Shown piece after piece: positions 27,710 to 36,840 of a DNA stretch of 41,712 nt (positions are counted from its first letter, which is position 1; each line of letters starts with the position of its first letter). Source of the stretch: a virus (Duplodnaviria > Caudoviricetes); IMG/VR virus record IMGVR_UViG_3300042861_001875, positions 1-41,712 of that record; one strand, written 5' to 3'. The notes under the pieces are model-generated. The model saw nothing but the letters and a program-made list of their open reading frames with translations, had not been told where the DNA came from and ran no database searches. Position numbers and translations under genes: made by a program.

Positions 27710-27909
27710 TTTTGCCGCTCCAATAAACACCGGCAAATTGCAAACCCGAAAAGCTCTATCACCAAATAAGGCCAAATAGCGGCAAGAGCAATCGCCATGA
27801 ACATGTTTATGTCGCTATTTTTTGAATACTTTTTAATGGCAAAGCAAAGCTCAAAGGCGATAAACAAATAGAAGTAAAGTAATAATTCCACAGATGAGAC
27901 TGACATCAC
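27706..27909 (-). CDS. Small two-TM membrane protein
   Basis: Two hydrophobic segments, AAIWP motif; AT-rich. Confidence 0.6.
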   Translation of the reverse strand: MMSVSSVELLLYFYLFIAFELCFAIKKYSKNSDINMFMAIALAAIWPYLVIELFGFAICRCLLERQK

Positions 27910-27918
27910 TTCACCAGT

Positions 27919-28110
27919 CTATTTTGACCTGAAAAACAAAAGCTTGACCGCGGCCGATAAAATCGCCACGATCGCGATTAGCACCGTCGCCGGCCAAAAA
28001 GTCGCGAGTAAAACCGTTGAAACAAGGCCGATTCGTCCGCCGCGCGGAGAATCAAGAGCCCAGAAAAACAAACAGCCGACTACCCAGTAAATCGCACTCA
28101 GAATTGGCAT
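27919..28110 (-). CDS. Small two-TM membrane protein
   Basis: Two hydrophobic segments, ATFWP motif; GGGGAA RBS. Confidence 0.65.
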   Translation of the reverse strand: MPILSAIYWVVGCLFFWALDSPRGGRIGLVSTVLLATFWPATVLIAIVAILSAAVKLLFFRSK

Positions 28111-28337
28111 TGTCTTCCCCTTGCGTTAGAGTTGCGGCCGGTTAATCTATCGGCCGCACCGTCCACAATCAACCACATTATCCACAATGTCCACAACTCG
28201 ACAACGCGAAAAAAATTTAACCCTTTGCCGCCCAAAGACTTGCGACACAATATTTTTTTCTTGTCCGATTTTCTGCTTGTCGGTACCGATACCCGTTGCT
28301 AGATTTTCCGCGTCAACACTATCCACAGCGTCAACAG
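28111..28337. promoter_or_regulatory. Divergent control region with hairpin and ~9-bp-period repeats
   Basis: Strand switch of all genes; hairpin 28133-28158; RTCMACA-like repeats at 28161-28203 and 28312-28336. Confidence 0.6.
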
Positions 28338-28550
28338 ATGGCTCAATACCTTAAATCGAAATGTCTCACCCCTGGCTGTCGCCGGCCGTCACGGGCTCGC
28401 GGTTGCTGCGAATCGTGCTACCGGTCGCACCTGCGGGCCGTTCGGTCGGGCAAAACGTCCTGGCGTCGACTGATCGCGGAAGGGCTGGCTAGGGGTTGTG
28501 ATCGAGTCTTGGCGCTGCGGGCTCGAATTGCCGCGGGGGTCCAGAAATGA
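28338..28550 (+). CDS. Small zinc-finger putative DNA-binding protein
   Basis: CLTPGC...RGCCESCY; first gene of the right arm; ATGA-coupled to the GNAT gene. Confidence 0.6.
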   Translation: MAQYLKSKCLTPGCRRPSRARGCCESCYRSHLRAVRSGKTSWRRLIAEGLARGCDRVLALRARIAAGVQK

Positions 28551-29098
28551 TGACGGAATTTTGTACGATCCTGCCGATGGCTCAGTCGGTTGTCCGCGGG
28601 GTCCATCTTTTAGAAACAAAGACTTTTCAATACCCCGTCACTGTTGCGTTTCTAGGATCGATGGCAGGCGAGTTTTCTCCGCATTCGGCATGGATTATAC
28701 CGGCCAGCAAAAATGTGATTGCGGGCTACATTGCGATTACCCGCGGGTTTGGAATTGATGGTAAGCCGGTCGTCTCGATTAACTCGATAGCGGTTGACAA
28801 GCCTTACCGCCGCAACGAAATCGGCGCGTCGCTTGTGGGTTTTGTGGTCGGAAGGGCGGCCGGTGGCGTGCGGGTTACCGCGACGGTTCCGGATTGTTCG
28901 GCCGGCGCTCAACAGTTTTTCAAGGCTTGCGGCTTTACTTGTGTCGCTATTTTGCGCAATTGCTACGACGAGGGCGGAGACGGGCTGTTGTTCCTCTACC
29001 CTGGCAGTCAAGAACCACAGCCGAGGTTTTCCGGATCGGTCAATTGTGATTCTCCGATCAGGCTCCGTTCCCGCATAGAATTTAAGGGTCGCCCATGA
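28547..29098 (+). CDS. GNAT (RimI-like) acetyltransferase
   Basis: INSIAVDKPYRRNEIGASLV, AQQFFKACGF, LRNCY. Confidence 0.75.
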   Translation: MMTEFCTILPMAQSVVRGVHLLETKTFQYPVTVAFLGSMAGEFSPHSAWIIPASKNVIAGYIAITRGFGIDGKPVVSINSIAVDKPYRRNEIGASLVGFVVGRAAGGVRVTATVPDCSAGAQQFFKACGFTCVAILRNCYDEGGDGLLFLYPGSQEPQPRFSGSVNCDSPIRLRSRIEFKGRP

Positions 29099-29880
29099 CT
29101 TCCGCACCGATTATTTTCGACATTGAAACCGGCCCGCTTCCAGTCGATGCGCTCAAGACGATTTTGCCGCCGTTTGATCCGTCGTCGCTGGGAAAGCATC
29201 CAGGGGTGTTTGATCCCGCGTCGGTCAAGCTGGGGAACGTGAAGGATCCGGCCAAAATCGAAGCCAAGATTGCCGAATCGGCCGCGAAGCACGCCGCCGA
29301 GGTCGCTGATTACGAAAAGCGACTGGCCGAGGGCGAGCCTACACACTGGCAGAGAATCGTCGATTCTGCGGCATTGTCCGCCGTGACCGGCGAAGTCCTG
29401 GCGATCGGGTTGTCGGGAAAAACTGATCAAATCATTTACCAAGACGCTGAAGCCGGAATTGATGAGACAGTTCTGATCGAGCGCTGGTGGAAGATTTACC
29501 GCGACGCGCGAGGATCACAGCGAAAGCTTGTCGGGTGGAATTCGAAAAACTTCGACGTTCAGTTCCTCGTCCAGCGATCATTCATCTTGGGGGTCGCCGT
29601 CCCCGATTCGATTTTGACCCCGACCGGTTATCTCAATCCGATATTTGTCGATCTTCGCGAAATCTGGTTGTCCGGGAATAAATTTGGAGCACAGCCAGGG
29701 ATGACGACGCTAGACACCGTGGGCCGAGCCTTGGGGTTTGGCGGAAAAATGGAGGGCGTCACCGGTGCCGATTTTGCTCGATTGTTTAGCAATCCCGAAA
29801 CCCGGTCGCAAGCCATTGAGTATTTACAAGGCGATATCGCCCTGACCCGTGCAATCGCCGAGCGTTTCGGCGTCGCTTAG
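29095..29880 (+). CDS. DEDD 3'-5' exonuclease (PolB-exo-like)
   Basis: IFDIETGP, LVGWNSKNFDVQFL, FVDLREIW, EYLQGDI. Confidence 0.85.
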   Translation: MTSAPIIFDIETGPLPVDALKTILPPFDPSSLGKHPGVFDPASVKLGNVKDPAKIEAKIAESAAKHAAEVADYEKRLAEGEPTHWQRIVDSAALSAVTGEVLAIGLSGKTDQIIYQDAEAGIDETVLIERWWKIYRDARGSQRKLVGWNSKNFDVQFLVQRSFILGVAVPDSILTPTGYLNPIFVDLREIWLSGNKFGAQPGMTTLDTVGRALGFGGKMEGVTGADFARLFSNPETRSQAIEYLQGDIALTRAIAERFGVA

Positions 29881-29903
29881 TTGTTAGTTTGGAGCATGAG
29901 AGC

Positions 29904-30902
29904 ATGAAAAGTTACGTTGAACTCGCCGGCAACATGCCGGCAATTGAAACCCTCGGCAAGTGGATCGCAGCTTCCGGGATGTTTGGAACGCTAACTTTGG
30001 CCCAAGGCCAAGTGATCGCGGCCCATTGCTTTATCACCGAAACCCCCCTGCTGGACTATCAGCGCCGTAACATGCTGGTCGGCAATCGGCCGGGAATTCC
30101 CTATGACGCAATGGTCGCCGCGTTTCAAGAGGGTGGCGGGTCGCTAAAAGTTGTCGAAAAGTCGGCAAATGCTGCCAGGGTAGAGCTAACCGTTGGTGGG
30201 GTGACGACGCCATTCGCGCTGACCTGGGACGAAGCCAAGCGAGAGCCGTTTGTTTATGGCGAAAAGGGGACGACCGAAAAAGAAATCGTACAGATGATTC
30301 GGGCCGAAAAATGGGCCGAACTTGAGAAGATCATGAAGCCGAAATATGCTTCGCCTCGATCCCGTGCTATCATGCTATGGGCTCGGTGTATTTCCGATGC
30401 GATCCGCACGGTTGATCCGAAGGCGAATTTCGGGACGTACACCGAAGAAGAACTCGAAGATATTCCGTCTTCAACACCTGCACCCACCGCACCCGCGGCG
30501 GCCTCTACTACGCAGCCGGTTCACCCTCCGGCGCCGCCGCGGGTGCCTTTATCCACTGTCTCGACGCCGCCGGCGCAGGCTGAGCCGGAAGTCATGCGCC
30601 CGGTTCTGCCGGCGGCCGTCGAGATGATCGAAGCCCCGGTTTCTGAGCGAATTGACGGTCCGGCAAGCGAAGAACAGCGGGTCCGATGCCTCGAATTGCT
30701 GGCCGAAATCGAGCCCGCGTTTCCTGGGATCAAGGCTAAGCTAGCCGAAAAGCTCAAGTCGGCTGGCATCCAGGGAGGAATTCGGGGATTGTCGGTCGCC
30801 GAGGCTGGCTCGCTTGTCAAATCGCTGGAAAATCGAGCTATAGACGCATTTTTTACGCTTGATCTAAAGGGGCACTATCAGCCCCCTTTCGACGCAAAGT
30901 AG
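29904..30902 (+). CDS. RecT/Red-beta-like single-strand annealing protein
   Basis: MLWARCISDAIRTVDP...GTYTEEELED motif; sits between the exonuclease and SSB. Confidence 0.65.
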   Translation: MKSYVELAGNMPAIETLGKWIAASGMFGTLTLAQGQVIAAHCFITETPLLDYQRRNMLVGNRPGIPYDAMVAAFQEGGGSLKVVEKSANAARVELTVGGVTTPFALTWDEAKREPFVYGEKGTTEKEIVQMIRAEKWAELEKIMKPKYASPRSRAIMLWARCISDAIRTVDPKANFGTYTEEELEDIPSSTPAPTAPAAASTTQPVHPPAPPRVPLSTVSTPPAQAEPEVMRPVLPAAVEMIEAPVSERIDGPASEEQRVRCLELLAEIEPAFPGIKAKLAEKLKSAGIQGGIRGLSVAEAGSLVKSLENRAIDAFFTLDLKGHYQPPFDAK

Positions 30903-31075
30903 GCGCGGATCTGTTCCGCGATTGTTCGCCCCATGTCGCGAACTTGGTTGATCGGTTTGGAGCCGAGCGGGTATGGGCCGCCGGTATTGAAGTTCTTGGT
31001 TGTCCGCCTACCTGGGCACCTGATGGTTTTGAAATCCTCACACTTGCAGAAAGGTTAAAAAATGGCAAAGCGTAG
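30884..31075 (+). CDS. Candidate -1 frameshift extension of the annealase
   Basis: Slippery heptamer C CCT TTC at 30884-30890; -1 frame open to TAG 31073-31075; no ATG. Confidence 0.45.
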   Translation, partial: PFRRKVGADLFRDCSPHVANLVDRFGAERVWAAGIEVLGCPPTWAPDGFEILTLAERLKNGKA

Positions 31076-31667
31076 CCTCACGACTCCCACCGCTGACGAC
31101 CTCGCAGATAGCGGACGCCTCGACGTTCCGGGCGTGTATCACGTTCTAGTGAAGTCGGTCAAAGATATGGAGCGAATCAACGGTGAAGCCGGCGAAGGCT
31201 TTACCGTTGAACTTCAAGTCCTGGCCGGTCCGCAGCAGGACAAGACAATCAAACAATGGTTCTCCGACGGCCAGCCATCGGACCGAGACGGCGGCGAATT
31301 CGCACGCAAACGGCAGACGGTTTTCTTGATAGCTGCTAACGTGATTACCCCGGTTCAATTGAACGGCGAAGCGGTCGAGTTTGATCCGGAAGAGGCGAGC
31401 GGATCGCAATTGGTCGTGAAATTCAAGTCGAACGAATACACGAACAAAAAAGGCGAAAAGGCTACCTCGATCGAAGTTGCCTATCTCGACATTTTTCACG
31501 TTGACGACCCGCGAAAACCCGCTTGCGATATTAACGCCGGCGCGTTGAACCTGATCGACAAAAAGCTTCGCCGGGACGCGACGTTTTTTGCCCCGCTTGC
31601 GTCTTCGTCGAGCCGATCGTCTAAGCCGGCACCCCCGGCCCAAACGTTCGATTCGTCGGACCTATAG
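31062..31667 (+). CDS. Phage SSB-like protein (DUF669-like)
   Basis: PGVYHVLVKSV OB-fold-like start; acidic tail FDSSDL; follows the annealase. Confidence 0.6.
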   Translation: MAKRSLTTPTADDLADSGRLDVPGVYHVLVKSVKDMERINGEAGEGFTVELQVLAGPQQDKTIKQWFSDGQPSDRDGGEFARKRQTVFLIAANVITPVQLNGEAVEFDPEEASGSQLVVKFKSNEYTNKKGEKATSIEVAYLDIFHVDDPRKPACDINAGALNLIDKKLRRDATFFAPLASSSSRSSKPAPPAQTFDSSDL

Positions 31668-31673
31668 CGGCCC

Positions 31674-31841
31674 GTCCTCACCGTCTTAGCGCCGCCGGGG
31701 AGCAAGTGAGGGCTCCCGCCGTGTTCATGCTCCCACGGCACCGGCGGCGCGTTTTTCCCAGCCAATACAAGGCTAGGCGGTTGGACCTCCGAAAAGCCGT
31801 CGCGTTCCGTTCGTTAAGCCAGCGCGGCGGCCTGCCTTTTT
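31674..31841 (+). ncRNA. Candidate structured RNA (two tandem multi-stem elements)
   Basis: 10-bp stem 31689-31698/31741-31750 enclosing two hairpins; second element 31776-31837; each followed by a T-run. Confidence 0.4.
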
Positions 31842-31855
31842 ATGGATTAAATGCG

Positions 31856-32095
31856 ATGCCGCTTAGAGATTACCAGACAAAGCCGAAGGGTGACGAAATC
31901 CGAATTCGATTGGACAGCGGCGCCAACATCCAAAGCGAAAATTGGGAAATAGTCTTGCCTCCCGATCTTGGTTTTGACACCAAGGCCGACTGGGACGCTG
32001 CCAGCGAAGACGAAAAGCTCAAGGCTGTTCAAGAGTATTTTTATGGCAATGGTTACCCCGATTGGTCATGGGATGACGAAAGCACCGCAAAATAG
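31856..32095 (+). CDS. Hypothetical protein
   Basis: ATG 31856 after GGA; acidic 79-aa product. Confidence 0.55.
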   Translation: MPLRDYQTKPKGDEIRIRLDSGANIQSENWEIVLPPDLGFDTKADWDAASEDEKLKAVQEYFYGNGYPDWSWDDESTAK

Positions 32096-32107
32096 GAATT
32101 TTTTACG

Positions 32108-32449
32108 ATGGACCTCAACGGACCAATTAACGTTCAGCAATTTCAGGACCGGGCCGCGAACACCGTTGACGACCTTCTAAGTCTTCAAGGGCCGAACGGC
32201 GCGTCGGCGGTCGATCGGATTCAAATTGAGGTTCGAAAACTGGTTGAGGCCCGCAAGTCGGGAGACCTGCCCGGCGCCGTCGCTTCGTCGGCTCTGATCA
32301 CCGTTTTTTTATCGTCGGTTTTGCACGATTGCGGGTTCGAGCTAGAACGGGCGATGGCGATGGGGTTGTGGGCGGTCGAACACGAAATCGCGTTTCTAAA
32401 TCGAGACGATGCGCCGCTATCTAATCGAATTCGGATGCCGAAGGGATGA
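32108..32449 (+). CDS. Hypothetical helical protein (possibly degenerate MazG-like fold)
   Basis: AGGA RBS; coupled to the MTase gene; lacks the acidic catalytic motifs. Confidence 0.55.
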   Translation: MDLNGPINVQQFQDRAANTVDDLLSLQGPNGASAVDRIQIEVRKLVEARKSGDLPGAVASSALITVFLSSVLHDCGFELERAMAMGLWAVEHEIAFLNRDDAPLSNRIRMPKG

Positions 32450-33798
32450 AGCCGCACTTTGAAAGCGAATCGGCGACCATCTATTACGGCGATCGTCTGG
32501 ACGTGTTGCGTTCGATTCCGGATTGCAGCGTCGACTCCGTTGTCACCGATCCGCCTTACGGATTAAGGTTTATGAATAAGCGTTGGGATTGCGACGTTCC
32601 ACCTGTTGAAGTTTGGCAAGAGTGCTTGCGAGTACTCAAGCCTGGCGGACACTTGCTCGCCTTTGCCGGTACGCGCACCCAGCACCGAATGGCGGTGCGG
32701 ATCGAGGATGCAGGATTTGAGATCCGCGACATGATCGCTTGGGTCTATGGGTCGGGCTTCCCTAAGTCGCTAGACGTGTCAAAAGCGATCGACAAGGCTG
32801 CGGGGGAATTGCGGGAGGTGGTTGGTATTTCTTCAGTGACAGGTGCTCGACAGTCACGAACCATGGACGACGGCAACAAGGGAACGCGACGCACCTACCA
32901 GAACGATGAGCCGGTCGTGAACAACATCACAGCTCCCGCCACCGACGCCGCCCGCCAGTGGTCCGGCTGGGGAACCGCCCTCAAACCGTCGCTAGAGCCG
33001 ATCACCGTAGCCCGCAAGCCGCTTATCGGCACGGTAGCCGAGAATGTGTTGGCGCATGGCACGGGGGCGATCAATGTCGATGGGTGCAGGGTGGGGATTG
33101 ACGCTTCCGACAATGATTATCGGAAAAATTGCTCCGGCGATCGCGGCCACGAAGGAACAAGGAACAAATCAGAAACGGGATTCACCAGCATCAGAACCGG
33201 CGGCGGATCGTCTTCATTTGGCCGATGGCCAGCAAACCTAATACACGACGGCAGCGACGAGGTTTTATCCTGCTTCCCGCAGTCAAACGGCCAGCAGGGC
33301 GACGTGACCGGAAGCGAGCCGAGCCACACGGGGACGGCAAACTGCTACGGCGAATATGGGCGAGTCCCGGCAATGAAGCGGGGCGATTCCGGGTCAGCCG
33401 CTCGATTCTTTTATTGCTCAAAGGCCAGCAATAAAGACCGAAACGACGGAATGGACGGGGCGGAAGATAAAGTCCTGGCGAGATCAAATCAGGCACAGGC
33501 AGAAGCTTCCAGGGGAAGTGCCGTTGATAAGTCCAGCGGGGCGTACAACAAACCTGGAATCCGGAAAAATAATCATCCGACTGTAAAGCCGACGGATCTG
33601 ATGCGTTATTTATGCCGACTCGTAACTCCCCCTGGCGGCATCGTAATCGATCCGCACATGGGATCGGGATCGACCGGCCGCGGTGCGATTCTCGAAGGGT
33701 TTCGGTTTATCGGAATCGACAACGAATTCCCGTATTGTGAAATTGCGATCAGAAGGATTCTTGCTTCGGTCAAGGAAAGGCGGTCGAAGCTGTTTTGA
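32446..33798 (+). CDS. DNA methyltransferase, N6-A/N4-C, beta class
   Basis: VVTDPPYG, RVLKPGG, YGSGFPKS, NNHPTVKP, DPHMGSGSTG. Confidence 0.92.
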   Translation: MKPHFESESATIYYGDRLDVLRSIPDCSVDSVVTDPPYGLRFMNKRWDCDVPPVEVWQECLRVLKPGGHLLAFAGTRTQHRMAVRIEDAGFEIRDMIAWVYGSGFPKSLDVSKAIDKAAGELREVVGISSVTGARQSRTMDDGNKGTRRTYQNDEPVVNNITAPATDAARQWSGWGTALKPSLEPITVARKPLIGTVAENVLAHGTGAINVDGCRVGIDASDNDYRKNCSGDRGHEGTRNKSETGFTSIRTGGGSSSFGRWPANLIHDGSDEVLSCFPQSNGQQGDVTGSEPSHTGTANCYGEYGRVPAMKRGDSGSAARFFYCSKASNKDRNDGMDGAEDKVLARSNQAQAEASRGSAVDKSSGAYNKPGIRKNNHPTVKPTDLMRYLCRLVTPPGGIVIDPHMGSGSTGRGAILEGFRFIGIDNEFPYCEIAIRRILASVKERRSKLF

Positions 33799-33832
33799 TG
33801 AACCGCAAGCAAGGTTTAACCAAGAAAAACCA

Positions 33833-34120
33833 ATGACCAATAAATTGAACCAGTCCGACAAAGCCGTCCTGTCGCTGCTCGAAGCCGGAAACGGCGCATT
33901 CGTAACTTGCGAATCCGGGCCGGTGGGTCGGGCAAGAGTCGTCGTGAGGTTTCCGAGTGTTGAGCACGCTCAAGCATTCCATCGAGCGTTGATCAAATGC
34001 GGCGACGCTGCCAGGACATTGATACAAGACGAGATTCGAGAGCAGGAGAAAGTGTCGATGGCAACTCCGATTGTTTACAGGGTGCAGTCGGAAGACGGCG
34101 CAGAATACGACATTCCCTGA
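33833..34120 (+). CDS. Hypothetical protein
   Basis: ATG 33833; in the operon. Confidence 0.55.
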   Translation: MTNKLNQSDKAVLSLLEAGNGAFVTCESGPVGRARVVVRFPSVEHAQAFHRALIKCGDAARTLIQDEIREQEKVSMATPIVYRVQSEDGAEYDIP

Positions 34121-34200
34121 TCGGAATTACTTGCTAACCTATCACCCCGCCGAATGCGTAAAACGGCAGCCCCGCAACACCCGAACCCCAGGACAGTCCG

Positions 34201-36840
34201 ATGAGCACCCTCGAAATAATCGCCCGCTACCAAGGCGAGCGCATGCGCTGGCCGATCGACGACCCGGAATCTCCGGGAGACTTTACTTTGATCGGTCTGG
34301 CGGCCGTCTGCGAACAATCGCGCGAAATCTGCAAATCCGCCGGGATCGACACCGATGAACCGGTCACGATTAAAGGGATCGCAAACGACGAAGAATTGGA
34401 GCGAAACGGCTCTTACCGTTTTTTTGGCTCGTTTTCGTATTACACAAATCGCCGGACCGGCGACCGTGAAAAACAATTTCATTTTCGATCGTTCACCCGC
34501 CACGTCCCGCACGATCCGGACGGGCTGGCCGACTATCTGACCGCGGCGGGGAAGGGTAACGGGATCGGACACCGAAAGGCGATGGCGTTAGTCAGGGCGT
34601 TTGGGTGCGAGTCGGTTCTGTCGAAATGCAAAGACGATATTCGCGCGGTAATGGCAGAGACTGGGATCAAGGAAGAACAGGCGAAAGCGTTTGCCGAACT
34701 ACTCAGAGCCCGCCAAGCGACCGAGAACTCCACCCTGGAAGTGGAACGGATCTTAGCAAAGAAGAAATTCCCCCGCGCCCTAACCCGCAAGTTGATAAAG
34801 ACCTGGGGCGCCGAAGCCCCGCAGCGAATTCATGACGACCCATTTTCGTTGATGCAGTTTCGCGGCGTCGGGTTCTTGTTGGCCGATCGCCTCTGGGTCG
34901 ATTTAGGCAAAGACCCCGCAGCAATTCGCCGACAGTCCGCGTATATCTGGCATGAGGTCCACACGTCGCGGGACGGCCACACGTGGCACGACGTAGAGGC
35001 GATCGCCGCGAAACTCCGTCGAGCGATCGGCGCAAAGGCCAGCCCCCGCGACGCCATACTTTTCGGGAAAGAAATCTTCGCGAAATCACCGAAGGAGTTT
35101 GGGGCAATTGCGACTGCCAGGAGTGATTCAAGCGGCCGATACGATCCGAAGGGCGGGAAAGTCTGGGTTGCTGACGGAAAAGACGAAGAATCGGAACGGT
35201 GGGTCGCTGAATTGGTTTCAGCCGCGGTAACGGAAGTCCGGCCGGTTTACTACTATCGCCAGGACGATCCTCAGCCGACGGCGGCGAAAATACTCGATTC
35301 GGCGCGTTGCCAGCGATGTTATCGGCCGCTTACCGCCCCCGAAATTCACGTCCTTCATGGCCGACCGTATGGCCCGACGTGCATCACGCACGTTGACCCG
35401 AAAGGGACCGCGGAAATCGTCACCCAAGAAGAATGGAACGAACGAAACGAGATCGGGTCGCAAGAAGTCTCGCCGGCGAAGCTGGTCAGCGTCCCCGAAG
35501 TTTCGCTCTGGCCGGACGAATCGGAAATCGAAGGGATAAGCGATCATCAGCGGGAGCAAATCGGCAAGTCGCTGACTGCCAGGGTGGGTTTACTCGGGGG
35601 CTCACCGGGGACCGGAAAAACGTACACGATTGCCGCACTAATCAAGGCGATTGCAAAAAGCGGCCGGGTGCCGCTCGACCAAATCGCGATCGGGGCGCCG
35701 ACCGGGAAAGCCGCCGTCCGATTGACCGAATCCCTGCACGCTTGCGGACTCAGCGTCTACGCTCGGACGTGGCATTCCCTCCTGGGAGTCGCGAAGGCCG
35801 GCGACGGCGAATCGGAAGAATGGGGTTTCGTTCACGGGCTCAAACAGCCGTGGAGCTATCGAGTCATAATCGGCGATGAGACTTCGATGGTCCCTGCCGG
35901 TTTGATGGCGTCGATTCTCAAAGCCCGGCCGAACGGCTGCCACGCTCTTTTCGTGGGCGACGCAAATCAACTCGCCCCCGTTGGGGTCGGCGCCCCGTTC
36001 CGAGATTTCATCGGGGCCGGGCTGGCTTACGGTGAACTCCGCGAAATTAAGCGCAATTCCGGCGGGATTGTCGAAGCCTGCGCCGATATTCGCGACCAGC
36101 GACCGTGGGCCGCGAATTACTGCGACCCCGGCCAGAATCTTTGGATCACCGGTGACCGAACACCGGCAAGTCAAATCGCAAGGATTCTATCTTTGATCGA
36201 AAGCTGCCCTGGTGATCCGGTTTGGGATTGCCAAGTTTTAACCGCAGTCAACCAGCGGTCGGAGCTATCGCGCGAAGTTTTAAATCATATCCTTCAGGAT
36301 CGTCTAAACCCGAATCCGCCGGTCGAAGGAACCGACTTTAGAATCGGCGATAAAGTCGTCTGTCTTTCGAACGGCGGATACGATCCGACCGACGACACCG
36401 AATCAGAGGGCCAAATCTACGTTGCCAACGGCGAGATCGGCCGGGTTCGTGAAATCATGCCGGGCCGGATGATCGTAACGCTCGAATCCGGCGAGCGAGA
36501 TAAATCGATCGTCGTTTTACGCGGACCGAAGAATACCGAAGGTGACGCGACCAACGGTTGCCCGTGGGATCTTGCTTACGCGATGAGCGTACACAAGTAC
36601 CAAGGGAGCGAACAAAAGACGGTTATCGGAGTTTTGGATAACTATTTCGGCGCGAAGATGCTCTGCGATCGGGCGTGGATTTACACGCTAATCAGCCGGG
36701 CCAAGCACTTTTGCCAGTTGGTCGGAACAAAGGAAACCGCCGAGTTATTTTGCAAAGTATCGCGAATGCACCTGCGAAAAACGTTTCTTGCCGATCGCAT
36801 TCGCGAAAAACTCTACTCACACGACGCGGAGGGGTTGTAA
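34201..36840 (+). CDS. recD2: RecD2/TraA-family SF1B helicase
   Basis: HhH motifs GNGIGHRKA and FRGVGFLLAD; GSPGTGKT; APTGKAA; DETSMV; VGDANQLAPVGVG; LAYAMSVHKYQGSE; IYTLISRAK. Confidence 0.9.
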   Translation: MSTLEIIARYQGERMRWPIDDPESPGDFTLIGLAAVCEQSREICKSAGIDTDEPVTIKGIANDEELERNGSYRFFGSFSYYTNRRTGDREKQFHFRSFTRHVPHDPDGLADYLTAAGKGNGIGHRKAMALVRAFGCESVLSKCKDDIRAVMAETGIKEEQAKAFAELLRARQATENSTLEVERILAKKKFPRALTRKLIKTWGAEAPQRIHDDPFSLMQFRGVGFLLADRLWVDLGKDPAAIRRQSAYIWHEVHTSRDGHTWHDVEAIAAKLRRAIGAKASPRDAILFGKEIFAKSPKEFGAIATARSDSSGRYDPKGGKVWVADGKDEESERWVAELVSAAVTEVRPVYYYRQDDPQPTAAKILDSARCQRCYRPLTAPEIHVLHGRPYGPTCITHVDPKGTAEIVTQEEWNERNEIGSQEVSPAKLVSVPEVSLWPDESEIEGISDHQREQIGKSLTARVGLLGGSPGTGKTYTIAALIKAIAKSGRVPLDQIAIGAPTGKAAVRLTESLHACGLSVYARTWHSLLGVAKAGDGESEEWGFVHGLKQPWSYRVIIGDETSMVPAGLMASILKARPNGCHALFVGDANQLAPVGVGAPFRDFIGAGLAYGELREIKRNSGGIVEACADIRDQRPWAANYCDPGQNLWITGDRTPASQIARILSLIESCPGDPVWDCQVLTAVNQRSELSREVLNHILQDRLNPNPPVEGTDFRIGDKVVCLSNGGYDPTDDTESEGQIYVANGEIGRVREIMPGRMIVTLESGERDKSIVVLRGPKNTEGDATNGCPWDLAYAMSVHKYQGSEQKTVIGVLDNYFGAKMLCDRAWIYTLISRAKHFCQLVGTKETAELFCKVSRMHLRKTFLADRIREKLYSHDAEGL

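Noticed and set aside
28178-28186. DnaA-dependent origin
   Set aside because: Only one perfect box; the iteron array at 23.3-23.75 kb is a better origin candidate. Kept only as part of the regulatory repeat finding.
31674-31841. Hammerhead ribozyme or tRNA
   Set aside because: Lacks the CUGANGA/GAAA core at the junction and lacks a T-loop
31856-31876. MPLRDYQ resembles the start of an SF2 helicase
   Set aside because: No helicase motifs follow; too short to call a pseudogene
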